DNA of 64,000 bases from the human T2T-CHM13v2.0 reference genome, Homo sapiens. The notes below the pieces were generated by a model, which made no database searches, was not told the origin of the DNA, and saw only the letters and a program-made list of their open reading frames with translations. Shown here one piece after another: positions 33,761 through 48,717 of the stretch. Numbering within the stretch: position 1 is the first letter of the stretch; the number at the start of each line of letters is the position of its first letter. The stretch is from assembly GCF_009914755.1 (NCBI RefSeq), contig NC_060940.1; one strand, 5' to 3'. Position numbers and translations under genes: made by a program.

Positions 33761-36727
33761 CATAATTTTTAAATCAAGAACCACGTTTTATATATGTAAC
33801 TGGACGTCAATGTGCCAACTTATTTTAATACTTTGGTGCTTGTCAGACACATCCTACTGATTTGAGAGCTTAGCATTTCAGTAATGCACTATTTCCATTA
33901 AGTTTCAGCCTACCTTATTAAAAAATATAAGAGCTAGAATGCATCCTTCATAAATCCAAAGAAAGGGGGTTGGCAACAGAGAAAAAAGTTGCATTAAGTG
34001 GAGGACTCATCTTAACTTTTGCATTTGCCAGTTAAATGGATCTGTTACCCAGAGACCAGCTTGCATCCCAAACTACAATGCAAGGAGTGGATTATGACTG
34101 GATACTCAACATCAGGACAGTAGAACAAAAAGTAATCTTCACACGTTGGGGAATTCTCACCAAAAGCAGAACAACTTAACACTTTCTTTCTCCTTTCAGT
34201 TTTTTCAGATATTTTCCACCAAGTTACTTTTGCCTAACAATTCATCCACCATCACAAAAGACTAAGAGATCAGTCAAGAGATTTAAGAATACATGGAATG
34301 AAAATTTAAAAATTCAAAAGACTCTTTCCCTGAATCCAAAAACTACTGCAAAGAAACCGGCTCTATTCACAGTCATCTTCAAAGAAGAACATTCTTGGCA
34401 AACATTGTCCTTCACCCTCAGAGAGAGGAAACTCTCTTTTATGTTTAATGTACATTCCTCCTGCTTTGAAGCCTCCCTTTCCCTGTCCCCTGTGGAGAGT
34501 TTCTGTTGCTTTATGGATTTTAAAGTATGCAGAATTTATATTATTTCAGCTTCTTAAAAGCCTCATTTGCTGAGAAAGTGTGCGTATCTTAAAATGCATG
34601 AATTCTGTATGGTGCCAGAAATGTAGAAAATGTAGAAAGCTTATGTTATTTTTCCAGAGGAAAAGTCAAAGCTGATGGTCAAGATTGATATGTTAGCCAT
34701 AGCCCAATGATAGCAAAGATTGTGTTGGAGTCATAAATGTCTCTTTACAAACGCCAACGGCCTAGGCAGATATTTTATAAGCTCCATGGATATTTAATCA
34801 AGCATGCCTGTCTTTGTTGACCTAGAGCTTTTGGTATTTATTAGCAATTTTCTGTGTTAAGAAAGAATTTTTTTAATCAGATGAACTTTATGGTGGTCAA
34901 AGGTCAAACAAATAATTAAAATTAATAGCAGCTCTGAATAAATGAGTAACCACCACCAAACCAGAGAGGGAGGTTATCTCAGGTTGACAGCTCTCTAAAT
35001 AAAAAAGCTGTGTCATTAGGTGATGAAATTTACTTGCCTGAACTGCCCATAAATAAAAGGTTTCTGTGGCCTACCAGTTGTTGATGGGGACAGAATAATC
35101 ACTCAACACCAGATGCAATGCAACAAAGTAATTAATGCTGAGAACTCAGAGCTGGGTATGAATCAAGGATCCTTTACTTAGTAGTTAACTAGAAGACTGG
35201 GACTAGTTAATTTCTCCAGTGCTCAGCTTCTTATCTACAGGTAAGAATTGTCACGGTACTTACCTTTCTGTGTTATTGGGAGGATTGAATAAGAAAGGTC
35301 ATAGATACCTTAGTCATTGTACACATGTATGCAATGAAGTGAATGCTAACAATTTTTTTTTTTTTGGAGACAGTCTCACTCCATCTCCCAGGCTGGAGTG
35401 CAGTGGCATGATCTTGGCTCATTGCAGCCTCTGCCCGCATCCCGGGTTCAAGCAATTCTCCTGCCTCAGCCTCCCAAGTAGCTGGGACTACAGGCGTCTG
35501 CCACCACGCCCAGCTATTTTTTTTATTTTTAGTAGAGACGGGGTTTCACCTTGTTGGTCAGGCTGGTCTCCAACTCCTGACCTCAGGTGATCAACCTGCC
35601 TCAGCCTCCCCAAGTACTAGGATTACAGGCATGAGCCACCCCACCTGGCCAACTATTTTTGTCCTCCTTTGCATCATTTCATATGAGCACATATTCCCAA
35701 ATGTGAAGACAATGACTCCCCCTCCGTTTATCCTCCACTCCAGGTATCTGCTGAATCCTCCAAGGGGAACAGAATAAGGGGAAGATCCCTGGAGATCAGA
35801 TTCTCAGATCCAGTATCCCGTGTGCTGACCTGCCATGACAAACACTGGCAGGGAGCCTGCCATAGAGGAAAAGAGTAAGAATTGGCTGAGTTCACATATG
35901 GGCTCCATCAATAACTAGCGGCCAGGTGAGATTAGGTGAGTGTCTTCTCAGAAACTTAGTATCCTCCCTGAAAATTGTGTATACTTGTACTAAGCTCAGA
36001 GGATTATTGTTGAAAATTAAATGGAATGAGAGATGTAGATGTGTCAAATGCAGTGTTTTACCCACGCAGATGTTCAGTTAGCACTGGTCTCCTTCCTGGC
36101 ACTGAGTTTTGGGGTGACCTTTTCTGAGCTCTCCCCATCCAGGCCCTTTCTTTTGGAGTGTTCTCAGTATAACCCAACAGGTGGACACATACGCAGAAGG
36201 TAGAAATTTTATTCCCACAAACACAGCATGTGTTATTAACACAGTAAATGATCAGCGTGATCAAGGCTTGACATTCTAGAAAAAAAGGCAGCATGACAGA
36301 ACTGCTTTGGGCACATGTCAACATGAGAGCAGACTGGCAAGGTACACATTAGTCACAAATTGTATGGATGGCACCCACAGTCCCTTTCTTTCAGCTTCAG
36401 TTTCCTTCCAAAAAAAAAAGGAAATATCTAGAGTATTAGTATTCTTCTCGAAAACGATTCTACCATGCTACTCAGAATTAACCTTTTCTTCTAAAACAAG
36501 TGGAATAGCCAGCAGGAGGGGAAAAGCAGAAGGTCCTTGCTCAGTTCCCTCTTTCTCATCCTCCTGTTATTTCTGCCCCTGGGATGGAAAGAGTCCTCCT
36601 CTCTCACGTTTAAAGTTAAAAGGACTTTCAGGGTTTACTGAGAATTCCTTAAGAGGAATGAACAACCTCAATGTATGAACAAGAACAAGAACATCCATGG
36701 CACTTATTAAGTACGCTTTACCACATT

Positions 36728-36920
36728 ATATATTTTAAGTTCTGGGATAGATGTGTAGAACGTGCAGGTTTGTTACATAGGTAAATGTGTGCCTTGGTGG
36801 TTTGCTGCACCTGTCAACCAGTCACCTAGGTATTATGCCCCACATGCAGCTATTTAACCTGATGCTCTCCTTGCCCCAACACCCAACAGGCCCTAGTGTG
36901 TCTTGTTCCCCCCTCCCTGT
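36728..36920 (-). mobile_element. L1PA 3'-end fragment
   Basis: TTTTAAGTTCTGGGATAGATGTGTAGAACGTGCAGGTTTGTTACATAGGTA. Confidence 0.85.
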
Positions 36921-37003
36921 CTTCACCACTTAATTTCTATGAGATCAAAGATAAGCTTTAGTGTTGTGATTTCAAAATTGTCAGTGGAGATGGACAATCG
37001 TAA

Positions 37004-37309
<306 letters not shown>

Positions 37310-39399
37310 TGATCTGCCCGTCTTGGCCTCCCAAAGTGCTGGGATTACAGCCGTGAACCACCACACCTGGCCTGCTTTCTATTTACGCCTCAGAAGGACT
37401 GTAGGCCCATTGAGGTTACAGATTACTTTTATTTTTTGTATGCCCCAGAGATCTCACACATAGCCTAGTATAATACATTATATAAATATTTGCAGATGGG
37501 TCAAAACAACTATTTTAAGACAAGGAAAAAGATCTCAGCATAATGCCCCCCTCTCAGATGAGCAGAGAAGATGAATTACCAAGGTGTCATCCAATAGCTA
37601 GATGCATGGTCTTACGATGGATCCGGATGTTTTTCCCCCCACTCAGACGTGTATTTAATAATTGTAGAAATCCAAAAGAATCGGCGTCTAATCTTGAAGT
37701 CGTGAATGAACCTGTGGGTTGGCTTGACTAGGCTCAGCCACTGAGCTGCCTCAGCTAACCAAGGAACAGGATGTGACGACTATGCTAACTTCCGTATGTC
37801 TTAATCTTACATATTTAGTTTCAGTAAAGCATTTGTACCAACGGCTCTGGAGCTTGGAGGAAGACTAAAGTGTAGTGATTCTGAGCAGGGTGTGGGCCTA
37901 TGCAGCAGAGCTATCCTTGAGGGAGAAGATTAACAAAGTCCTTTCTTCCAGTATCAGGAGAGTCATGAGTGGCAGTCCTATCCAAATGGGCCACTAGGGC
38001 TAAAAGGCTAGACCCTGCCCTCTTCATCTCTGAGCTATAACAGGTTCTTTCTCCCTCCAGGCAGAGGCAAGGAGCTTGCAATGGGGAGTTTTCAGGAATG
38101 AGGACCATGACATAGTTGTTTCTGATCCCTCCATCCAGTTGTGAAAAGATGAAGCAAAGGAGGCAAGAAAAATGCTTAATCTAGCAGACAAGAGAATGGA
38201 CAGTGTCGTCCTTATCAGTACTAGTCCTGGTGGATGCACCACTATTCAGCTCCACAATGCTGCTTTTTTCCCTTCATTTCCTCTGTTTCCATTCATTCCC
38301 CTCAGTTGTGATCTGGAATCAATTCTAAACCTCAGTGTATTATGCAGCTGATCCTTAAAAACCTGCAAAAGCAGGTTACTTTTGAGGTACTTAGTCACAC
38401 CATGTACAAATAGAGCTGTTATAGACAATGTAGCTTTGCAGAGATCTGCCCCTTTGCTCACTAGCAATTAGGGAGTTAATGCTCTAAAATTGAGGCAAGG
38501 AGCCTAGAGTGTTGCCACTTTACGGAAGGCACAAAAGTTGCAGCAGGACTCTATGGGAGCTGCCCAAGACCTGATGGCATGAGATTTCTATCTGAGTCAT
38601 TAATCTGTCTGCCATGAATGATTCTATACTTTGGCTGAGACATAGTTCTGGTGAGAGTTTTATTCTCTCAGGACATTATAAAGGAGGCAACGTAATGTAA
38701 AGGAAGAACAAATAACAGAGTGGAAATCCAGTTTTGCCTCAGACTAGCTGGGAGACCACAGGTAAGTCATGGAAGGCCTCAGTTTCTCTGACTGCAATTA
38801 TTATATTGGATTGGATGGTCATGAAGTCCCTTTCATAGCCAGACATTTTGTATGGCCACTAAAATGCTTAAATTTCTGAGGTCCTGAAAGAAAATAGGTA
38901 CATCCCTCCCCATCCCCACCACTATTTAGGCTAGTTTTGCTGAGTTTTCCCCAGGTCCCCCGATAACACTTCCTCCTAGGCTGGGCACGGTAGCTCATGC
39001 CTGTGATCCCAGTATTTTGGGAGGCCGAGGCAGGCAGATCACCAGAGGTCAGGAGTTTGAGACTAGCGTGGGCAACATAGGGAGACCCTGTCTCTACAAA
39101 AAATTTAAAAATTAGCTGGGTGTGGTGGCACATGCCTGTGGTCCCAGTTACCGGGGAGGCTGAGGTAGGAGGATCACTTGAGCCCAGAAGGTCAAGGATG
39201 CAGTAAGCTTTGATTTTGCCACTGCACTCCAGCCTTGGTGACAGAGAACGTTTCTCAAAAAAGAAGTACACGCGTAGTGACAGCTGACCTTTTAGTAGAA
39301 ATGGCCCATGCCTTTACACAACTTTGTATAGCTAGAAAAGGCTGTTTTTTCTCTCCCCATGCCCAAGCTTATTCCATTAGGCATGCAGGTAACTGTCGT

Positions 39400-40870
39400 C
39401 CCGACACCCCGATGACCATTTCTCCTCATTCCAAAACAGGTAACCCTAAGAAATAATTCCTACAAGGAGAAGGTCTCAAATGCCAATCAGCAGTCATTTG
39501 GTGATGGTGGGTAAGGTCTAATGCTACAAAAAGGTTGCATCCAGAAGAATTCAATTCCCTAAGAATCCAAACTCCCAGGCTGGCAGGCAGCAGTGCTGAG
39601 GACAAGCTCACTGTTGAGAGTCGGTCTGGAAGACCCCACTGGAAGATCTTGTGGTGACGTAGACCTTGCAACTGCATTGTCATAGATGGCATTCACACTG
39701 GCGCAGAGAGGCTGCAGCTCTCTCACCCATGAGCAACCAGCCCACTGGCCACACAAGACAGTAGCAGTAGCTTCAGCAGAGACAGGACATTGAGTCCCGG
39801 GTGGTGGCTTGTGGGAGCAGGAGTGGGACTTGGATTTCGGGCCCTGGTTTGTTTCCTTCTTGAGTTTCTTCTCCTGATCCACTTAACTGCTTTGAAGGTA
39901 TCCTTCTTTCCCCCTCCTGAGGTTCCTTAGCTCGCTGCTTGGCCTCAGGTTTCTCTGCCTCTCCTACTTCTGATGCCTCTCCTGCTTCTAACCCACCTGC
40001 ACGGCCTTCACATCTTGTGACGCCTCGTATGCGTGCTGCTTACATTGCCTCTTATCCAAGCAATCACTTGCCACCTTGGCCAGGAGAGGATCCAGGGAGT
40101 TATCCTACAGGTCCAGACACTTCAGGTTCTTGAGCTAAGCAAAGCAGACAGGCAGGGTGGCCAGCTTGCTGAGGAGAACCAGGTGCTAGATGTTGACCAA
40201 ATGGCTCAAGTCTGTGGGCAACCGTTACAGCCCATTTTTTTCTTCCTCTCTGTGCCCTGCCCCCAAGACAGGGTCTGTCATCCAGGCTTGAGTACAGTGG
40301 CACAATCAGGGCTCACTGCAGCCTTGACCTCCTAGGCTCAAGCCATCCTCCTGCTTAGCCTCCCAAGTAGCTGGGACCACAGGTAGACACCACGCCCAGC
40401 CAATTTTTTTTTTTTTTTTTTTTTTGGTAGAGACAGGGTCTCACTATGTTGCCCAGGCTGTCTCCAACTCCTGGCCTCAAGCGATCCTCCTACCTCCTGC
40501 AGCTCATTCTTAATCTAGCCTCACCAGGCATGTAAGGCCATGGAAATTCAACAGTAGAGCCCCAGATTTATTTCAGAACAGATCCAGCATGGGGGCCTTT
40601 GGAAGGGCAGCCAGCTCCTTAAGGGCCTTCATTCAGGTTGTCCAGGCTCAGGTCCAGTTCATTGTCTCCTGCCTGTCAGAGGCTCCCGCCCTTGCTAACA
40701 GCCTTTGGTCATGATGACAGTGGCTGAGAGGGCTTGGCTCCAAGGTTCCCAGGCATGAGGGAGAGGAGCTGAAATGCCCTTGTCAGTTCTGTGGATCCCA
40801 CCCAACCCACAACTCCTGCGCCTTCCACCGAGCCCCAGGCCTTGCTTCCACTAGTGCCGCGACGACGACG
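39400..40870 (-). pseudogene. LRRC59 pseudogene: Old processed LRRC59 pseudogene (CDS remnant 40712-39608), interrupted by an Alu; 3' UTR may extend further left
   Basis: Minus-strand fragments match recalled LRRC59 protein: MTK.., [81 protein letters not shown]; no introns; many stops and frameshifts. Confidence 0.88.
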
Positions 40871-42470
40871 TGGATCAGGATTTTTCATTTTTCCATCCAC
40901 GCGTAGCAACAGAGTCCCCTGACTGATGTTAGGTATCAACCCAGGACCACTTAAAATCAGGAAGAAATCAAGAAGTGGAGATATGAGTGAAAAAAGGGAG
41001 GTTTTTATACTAATTCTCTATTTTGTGGAATTATAATACAAAGCCCATCAGGGAAGCTTGCACTCTCATCCATAAGGCACACACATAGGCACATACACAA
41101 ACTACTTCACACAGTTTTAGGGGCATTGTAAACTCCAGTTTATAATCCCCTATTTTTATCCATTTAAGCTCTCGGTCTAAATCTTGTAGCCGTAACAGAC
41201 GTTCCTCAGCCCATTATGGACTTCTGGTAAAACAGGTGCAAATTGTTCAATTACATTGATTTTGGAGACTCAGCTGTGTCCTTCTAAGGAGATCCAAACT
41301 CCCAAAGTACCAAGATTTGTATGCTTGCCATGCTGCTGTCTTATTATTTTGAGACAGAGTCTCACTTTGTCACACACTGCAGCCTTGATCATCCAGGCTC
41401 AAGGATCCTCCCACCTAGGCCTCCAGAGTAGCTGGGACCACAGGTGTACACCACACCTGCCTAAATTTTTATTTATAGAGGTGAGGTCTTGCTATATTGC
41501 CCAGGCTAGCCTCTAATTCCTAGCCTCAAGTGATCCCTCCTGCCTCAGCCTCCCAAAGTGCTGGGATTATAGGTGTGAGCCACTATGCCTACCAGAGGGT
41601 ATTTCCTATTCCATTTTATTCATCCACTCCATTCTAAGATGGAAGGTTGAGTAGTAGCTCATTAATGACCAGTCAGTTCTGCCTCTGGAAAGCTGTTTAC
41701 AGAGAGCTCTCAGCCAGGTGGCTTCCAGGATTTATGGCCAAGGTGACCTTCCCACCCGACTGCACAATGGCACCTTGACAGGCTGAATCGTCAGCTTAGC
41801 AAGTGTGAGGGACTATGACTTCTCTAATCAATTTGTGTAATGCAGTGAACATGCCTTGGCACTAACCCAGAAGTGCTCCATCTTTGGACAAACATTGATC
41901 ATTTCAAATGAAATCGATCAAAGAATCCATTATCCTCTCTTCTAGAAACCCATCTGTCATCTCACACACATTAGGCGATAACCAGAGTTGTCCAAACAGA
42001 GATGGCATATACATTAGCCACTCTCAAGCCGGACAAAAGAGAGCCAAACCTTTCATTGCAAAACAGTTACTTAGCTCACCCACTTTATCTGAAATATCTT
42101 TTTGAAGTGTCACGTTTTCAGCCTCACAAGCTGTCTAGAAACCACAGACATTTACATAGCCCAAAGAAAACGACGGTTGTCAGTCTGGCTTCCACATTTG
42201 TCTTGACAAAAGTCCTTGAGACAACTGTCTTTGGGAGTCTCCATCACCTTAAACATGAGCACTATAGACTAGATTTTCTTTGGTCTCCAGAGAGCCCCCT
42301 AAGGTAGCTAAAGCCTGTAGACCATCAACATAAAATCAACCGAATATGGGATTTTGAGTTTAATCCTTTTACAAGAGAGCTTCCCTGTATCGGTTTAGGC
42401 TTTGCATATCCTCTCTTTCATTTGGGTCCCACTGGGGGTCGGTTCCTGGTAACTGGGTCCTTACATACTC

Positions 42471-43391
42471 TTAGGGGTTTTGGTAATCAGCCGGTGCACG
42501 TTCCTCTAGACACTTAGTTGCTGCTTGGAGCACTCTCTGCATTTCACCTGTGTTAAAGAGGAACATGAGCAACTGGTGGCAATCAGCCCAAGTGGGGTTA
42601 TGGGTCTGGATAATAGTTTGGAGCAAATCAGTTAGAGCTTGTGGCTTTTCAGTATAAGACGGGGTATTGTTTTGCCAGTTGAGAAGGTAGGCAGAGGTGA
42701 AGGGCTGGTACACAAAAACACGCCTCTCCACCATGTGACCATCGTCATCTATCCCAGTATACTGCTGCTCTCTCAGGGGCATTTGTATCCCAGTTTTGGG
42801 TCTTAAACGAGCTGCCAAGGGAGGGGTTTCTCTAGAGTCTTCACCTCCTCTCTTGTCTACTCTGGGTGGCCTAGGGATATGTTTGTCTTGCGGAGGTGCA
42901 AGCACTGTGGGCTCAAAAGTGGGGAGCCTCTCTCCCTGATAAGGGGAGGGCACGACTGGGATCACTGGTGCCATCTCCTGCAATGGATCTTCTGATGCTG
43001 GGTCGAACAGAACTTCAGCAGTTGATTTCCCTCGGTGGGAGAAAGGGGATCTTTCCTTGGCTATCTGTCCCTTTGCTACTACTACCACTGCTGCTGCCTG
43101 CCCTCTTAACCACTGTGGGGGGTCTAGCACCAGCTGCAACCAAGTGTCTATGTATGGGAACTGGTCTAAGTGTCTTGACTTACCAGTTACCTTGTGCCAT
43201 ACCTTAGAAACAAGGGACCTGTCCAGGCTTCCTTCTGATGGCCAACCCACTTCTAATGTTGGCCAATCTATTTCATACAAAGTTCTAAGTTTCCCTGGTG
43301 TCATAGTAACCCCATAGTCTCCATTAAATCCCTTCTTAAAATTTTTCTACATAGTTCCTAGCGGAGTACGCTTACTTTGTGTCTGACCCAT
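42471..43391 (-). pseudogene. HERV-E gag remnant (MA, p12-like, N-terminal CA); ATG 43391, TAG at codon 15, then 277-aa open frame 43304-42471
   Basis: ORF track 42471..43304 plus manual upstream translation MGQTQSKRTPLGTM*KNFKKGFNGDYGVT. Confidence 0.9.
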
Positions 43392-43916
43392 GTTTCCTCG
43401 AGACAAAACACCAAGCTCACACCACACGCACACCACAGAACAAAGAACGGGTAAAAAGGGCACACACACACTTTTTCAGTTTACACCAAACCAAAATCAA
43501 AACCAAAATCAGAGTATCCAGAAATCCAAGCCAGGTCAAAACCAAAACCAAAGTATCAAGCAATTCAAGTCAAGTCAAAAACAAAAACCAAAGTGCCGGT
43601 ACAGGCACGCCGTGGGTAATCAGGCCACGCTTCCACTCAAATGGAGTGGGCAAGTTCCAAAGACCGTTCTTACCGAGTTTCAGCTGTCCGGACTCCAAGT
43701 GCCCGTTCCTTCCCGCTGTTCAGCCACTGCGTTGATCCTCCACGGGGGCCTGCCACGCACTGCTCTGACGAGGTGTTCCACCCGGGCAATTGCCTACCCC
43801 GGAGCGCTCTCAGGATCCACGTCTCTCAAGCTGGCCGGAGTCCCCCACAGGGATGCTCCACAGGGTATGCCTAAGCCGCCTAAGGGGCTGCCTCAACCGA
43901 CCGTTAATCACCTCGC

Positions 43917-43934
43917 TTCCGGGTCAAGGAACCA
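43917..43934 (-). promoter_or_regulatory. Retroviral primer-binding site complementary to tRNA-Glu
   Basis: TGGTTCCTTGACCCGGAA 5 nt after the LTR; 2 mismatches to TGGTTCCCTGACCGGGAA. Confidence 0.85.
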
Positions 43935-43939
43935 AGAAA

Positions 43940-44432
43940 TGTAGCAGGACGAGTCGCAGACAAAACTCCTCAGACACCGGATTAAAGAAGGAAGAGGTTT
44001 ATCATTTGGCCGGGATCGTCCGCAGACTCGCGTCTTAAGAGCTGAGCTCCTCAAAAAAGAAATCACTGGCCTTTTTAAATGCTTACAACTTTAAGGGGTC
44101 CATGTGAAAGGGTCATGATACATCAAGCAAGCGTGGGAAACGTGACTGGGGGCTACATACATCAGCTAACAGAACAAAGAGTTTTACAGTGCTTTCTCAT
44201 ACGATGTCTGGAATTTACAGATAACACCAGTAGTTTTGGTCAGGGGTTAATATTATTTTAACCACCAGGGCCAGGTGGTGGCGCCAAGGTCACCTAGCTA
44301 TTTATCTTACTTCTGTTTCTTTCCAACTTTTTGCTTTCTCCCTTTTCTCCTGGTCTTATAAACTAGGGAAAAGGGGAGGCTGTGGAGAAGCTGGGAAGGA
44401 CATCAGGAGAAGTAGTGGTCTCATTCCATACA
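43940..44432 (-). mobile_element. LTR2-family LTR (LTR2B/LTR2C-like)
   Basis: Begins TGTATGGAATGAGACCACTACTTCTCC, ends CGTCCTGCTACA; 493 bp. Confidence 0.88.
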
Positions 44433-45127
44433 ACCTCTGCCTCCCAGGTTCAAGCAATTCTCCCGCTTCAGCCTCCTGAGTAGCTGGAATTACAAGCACC
44501 TGCCACCACGCCCGGCTAATTTTTGTATTTTTAGTAGAGACAGGGTTTCAACCATCTTGGCCAGGCTGGTCTTGAAACTCCTGACCTTGTGATCCACCTG
44601 CCACAACCTCCCAAAATGCTGGGATTACAGGCATGAGCCACTGTGCCCGGCCAGCTTTTCCTTTTAAAATCCTGAAATCAGAAAGGGTCTGATTATATTC
44701 CATTTCTTAAGCAGTAGAGGCTATCTCCTTCCAAGAGGGAGTTGCAGGGCTAAAGCAAACATAGATAATATGCAAGCAAATAATTGTGGCTCAGTTCCAA
44801 AAGCTTTACTAAAACAGGGAGCAGGCAGATTTGACCTACGGACCATGGATCGCCAACCTTGGGTCTACATGGAAGCCCAGATGACTGCCTTTGTTTCATT
44901 CTGTTTATTATTGAGGGAGATCTGGGGCTTTTCCTCACTTGTATTTAACGATCCATACTGCACGTCAAAGTACTGCTCAGTTAAAATTCTAGGTATTTCG
45001 GGGATTCTATTTTTCTCCCTCTGCTCTTATATATATGCTTGCTCTATTGCATGGTTTATTCATAGACAAGAAAACTTTTCTTAGTCACTGACCATTTGGG
45101 TTTATTAGTAAAGCAGTTCTAATATGA

Positions 45128-45691
<564 letters not shown>

Positions 45692-46480
45692 TCAGAAACT
45701 CTCACCTCTTGTACTAGGCCTGCCACAAATTTGCTGAATGGAAACGTCAACATCTTTCTGGATGTTTTCTCATCTCTCAAATAGGCAAACAGGACTAGAT
45801 CTGATGTTCTTGAACACCTCAGTCTTGGCAATCTATTTTAAGCAGACTCTCCTAGGCCCTCCCATGTTACCCATCATCTGAGAGCAATGTTTCTCAAACA
45901 TTTTTTTTCCATTACCCCCCTAAGGAGCTTTTTAACATTTTTTTCTGATTGCAACCCTCCTCTTTTTGTGATCTTCAGTTTCCCCTGTGGTAGTTTCTTA
46001 CATAACAGTAAGATTCTATACTATTATGTAACTGTCATGTTTTATAAGAATATTGAAACTAGAAAATTGAGAATCAAACTTGGGTTGAAATGCCAAAAAA
46101 AAAACCAAGTAAAATGGCACATTCCATATTTTCAAATTTGCCCAACCCTATCACACAAAGGCAGCTAAGCGTGGTTTCTGCCTGTGAAGGCCTACAGCCT
46201 CATAAGGCTTCCACAGTTCAAAGAAGTCCCTTATGTACTGTGGATTAGGAGAAATACATACATGACAGAAAATGCTAACTCCAATAACATTTTCTTATTG
46301 TTTCATTCAAAAAACAATCCTCTATGATGTTGAAGGAGTTGTAATAGAAACAAAAGTATATTTAAGAATAACTAGACCAATTCCAGGTAATATATGTACC
46401 TATTTCACTCTGAAAGTCACACGACTCCGCACTCAAGTGTGGACCATGCACAGTAACTTCCTTTTAAAAGCTACAGCATA

Positions 46481-47345
<865 letters not shown>

Positions 47346-48717
47346 ACAGACAAAGGAAAAAAAAAAGGTAACTCCACAGTGGAGAATCTTGGTTCACTAC
47401 AGCCTCAACCTCCCAGGTTCAAGCAATCATCCCACATCAACTTCCTAGGTAGCTGAGACTATCAGCATGCACCACCAGGCCCAGCTAATTTAAAATTTGT
47501 ATTTCTAACTAGCTGCCCAGGTGATGCAAATCCTGCTGGTTCATAACCACACTGAATAGAATCTAAGTACACTTCTTGAAGAAAAACAGTATCATAGGAA
47601 CCATTTCAAGTAAGTCTTCTGCTCCGATCTTCCATGGCCAGACATTGGGAACAAGCTTGCTGACTTTTCTGGAGTTCTCCTGGAATATCCCCTTCTCCCC
47701 TAACATTGCTACTAGGTAATTTCGTACTGCTCAGTATTTCAGTGTAGCTGGCACAGTTTAAGTTTGGGCAGTTTTTAACCTTCAGGAAAGAAAAGTAGAG
47801 AAGAGAGGTAAGATAAACCCTGCATTGTCTACCTATTACTAGGTTTGTGAAATGTTTGTTCTTGATTGTTCTAATGATCTTTGAAGGTGACTATTTCTAT
47901 TCTACAAGTTAGGAAATTTTGGCGAGTTTTTTATTCCTTCCAAGCTAAAGGTGAACCTGCAGACAAAGGGAGTGGGGAAGACAGATTCAAGTTTTCCCAC
48001 TTACAACCAACCAAAAAATAAGTCAAAGAAGCAAAGAAAACAAGTATTTTCCACTCTCCTCAATTCCCTTTGCCCTTATTGAGCCTACTGCAAATTTGCA
48101 TTTGTTTTCTCCAGCAGAACTTCTTGTAGCTGTTTGTAGTTAGCTAGTTCGTAGTTTTACATTATCACTTTCCTTCTAAGTATTCTTTCTAAACACTCAA
48201 GTTAGTATTCTCAGGAACAATTTTAAAGGAAAACACATCTCCTATCTGTGGCACATCCCCCTTAATGTACCCTCGATTCCCTCTTTTTTAATTCAAAGTT
48301 GTATGAAACAAGCCCCTTTGAATTACCCTTTATATACCCTAGGCCTTGTGGGCGGGGGAAAGGTTGTCCTTCAGCCCCAGCAGACTTCAGTTAAGCATCT
48401 CAAGGTAAAAATCATTTTTCAATGTATCAGAACCCTCCCTTGGAGACTGATTCATTCAGAGTGGGGTGGAGCCTAGAATCTAGAATCCGCTCCATCGCCC
48501 CACCTCCATGAGCTTTGGGGCCCCAGCAATTTGGAAGTCATTTTTTTTCCCTTTTAATAGAAACAGAGGTCTCATTATGTTGCCCAGGTTGGGCTCAAAC
48601 TCCTGGGTGCGAGCGATTCTCATACTTTGACCTCCCCAAGTGCTGAGATTACAGGCATGAGCCACCTCACCCGGCCTTCTTTTTTTTTTTAATCAAACTG
48701 TTCAGTTAGTTATGTTA

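Larger units (their letters stand above)
42358..44432 (-). mobile_element. 5'-half HERV-E/Harlequin-type provirus (LTR2-family 5' LTR + leader + truncated gag)
   Basis: LTR TG..CA at 44432-43940; tRNA-Glu PBS; gag MGQTQSK...EIDWPTLEVGWPSEGSLD...YQPFTSAYLLNW...THNPTWADCHQLL matches recalled HERV-E gag; homology stops within capsid near 42358. Confidence 0.92.

Noticed and set aside
43379-44038. Plus-strand ORFs with NQNQNQ repeats (184 aa)
   Set aside because: Antisense reading of the low-complexity HERV-E leader
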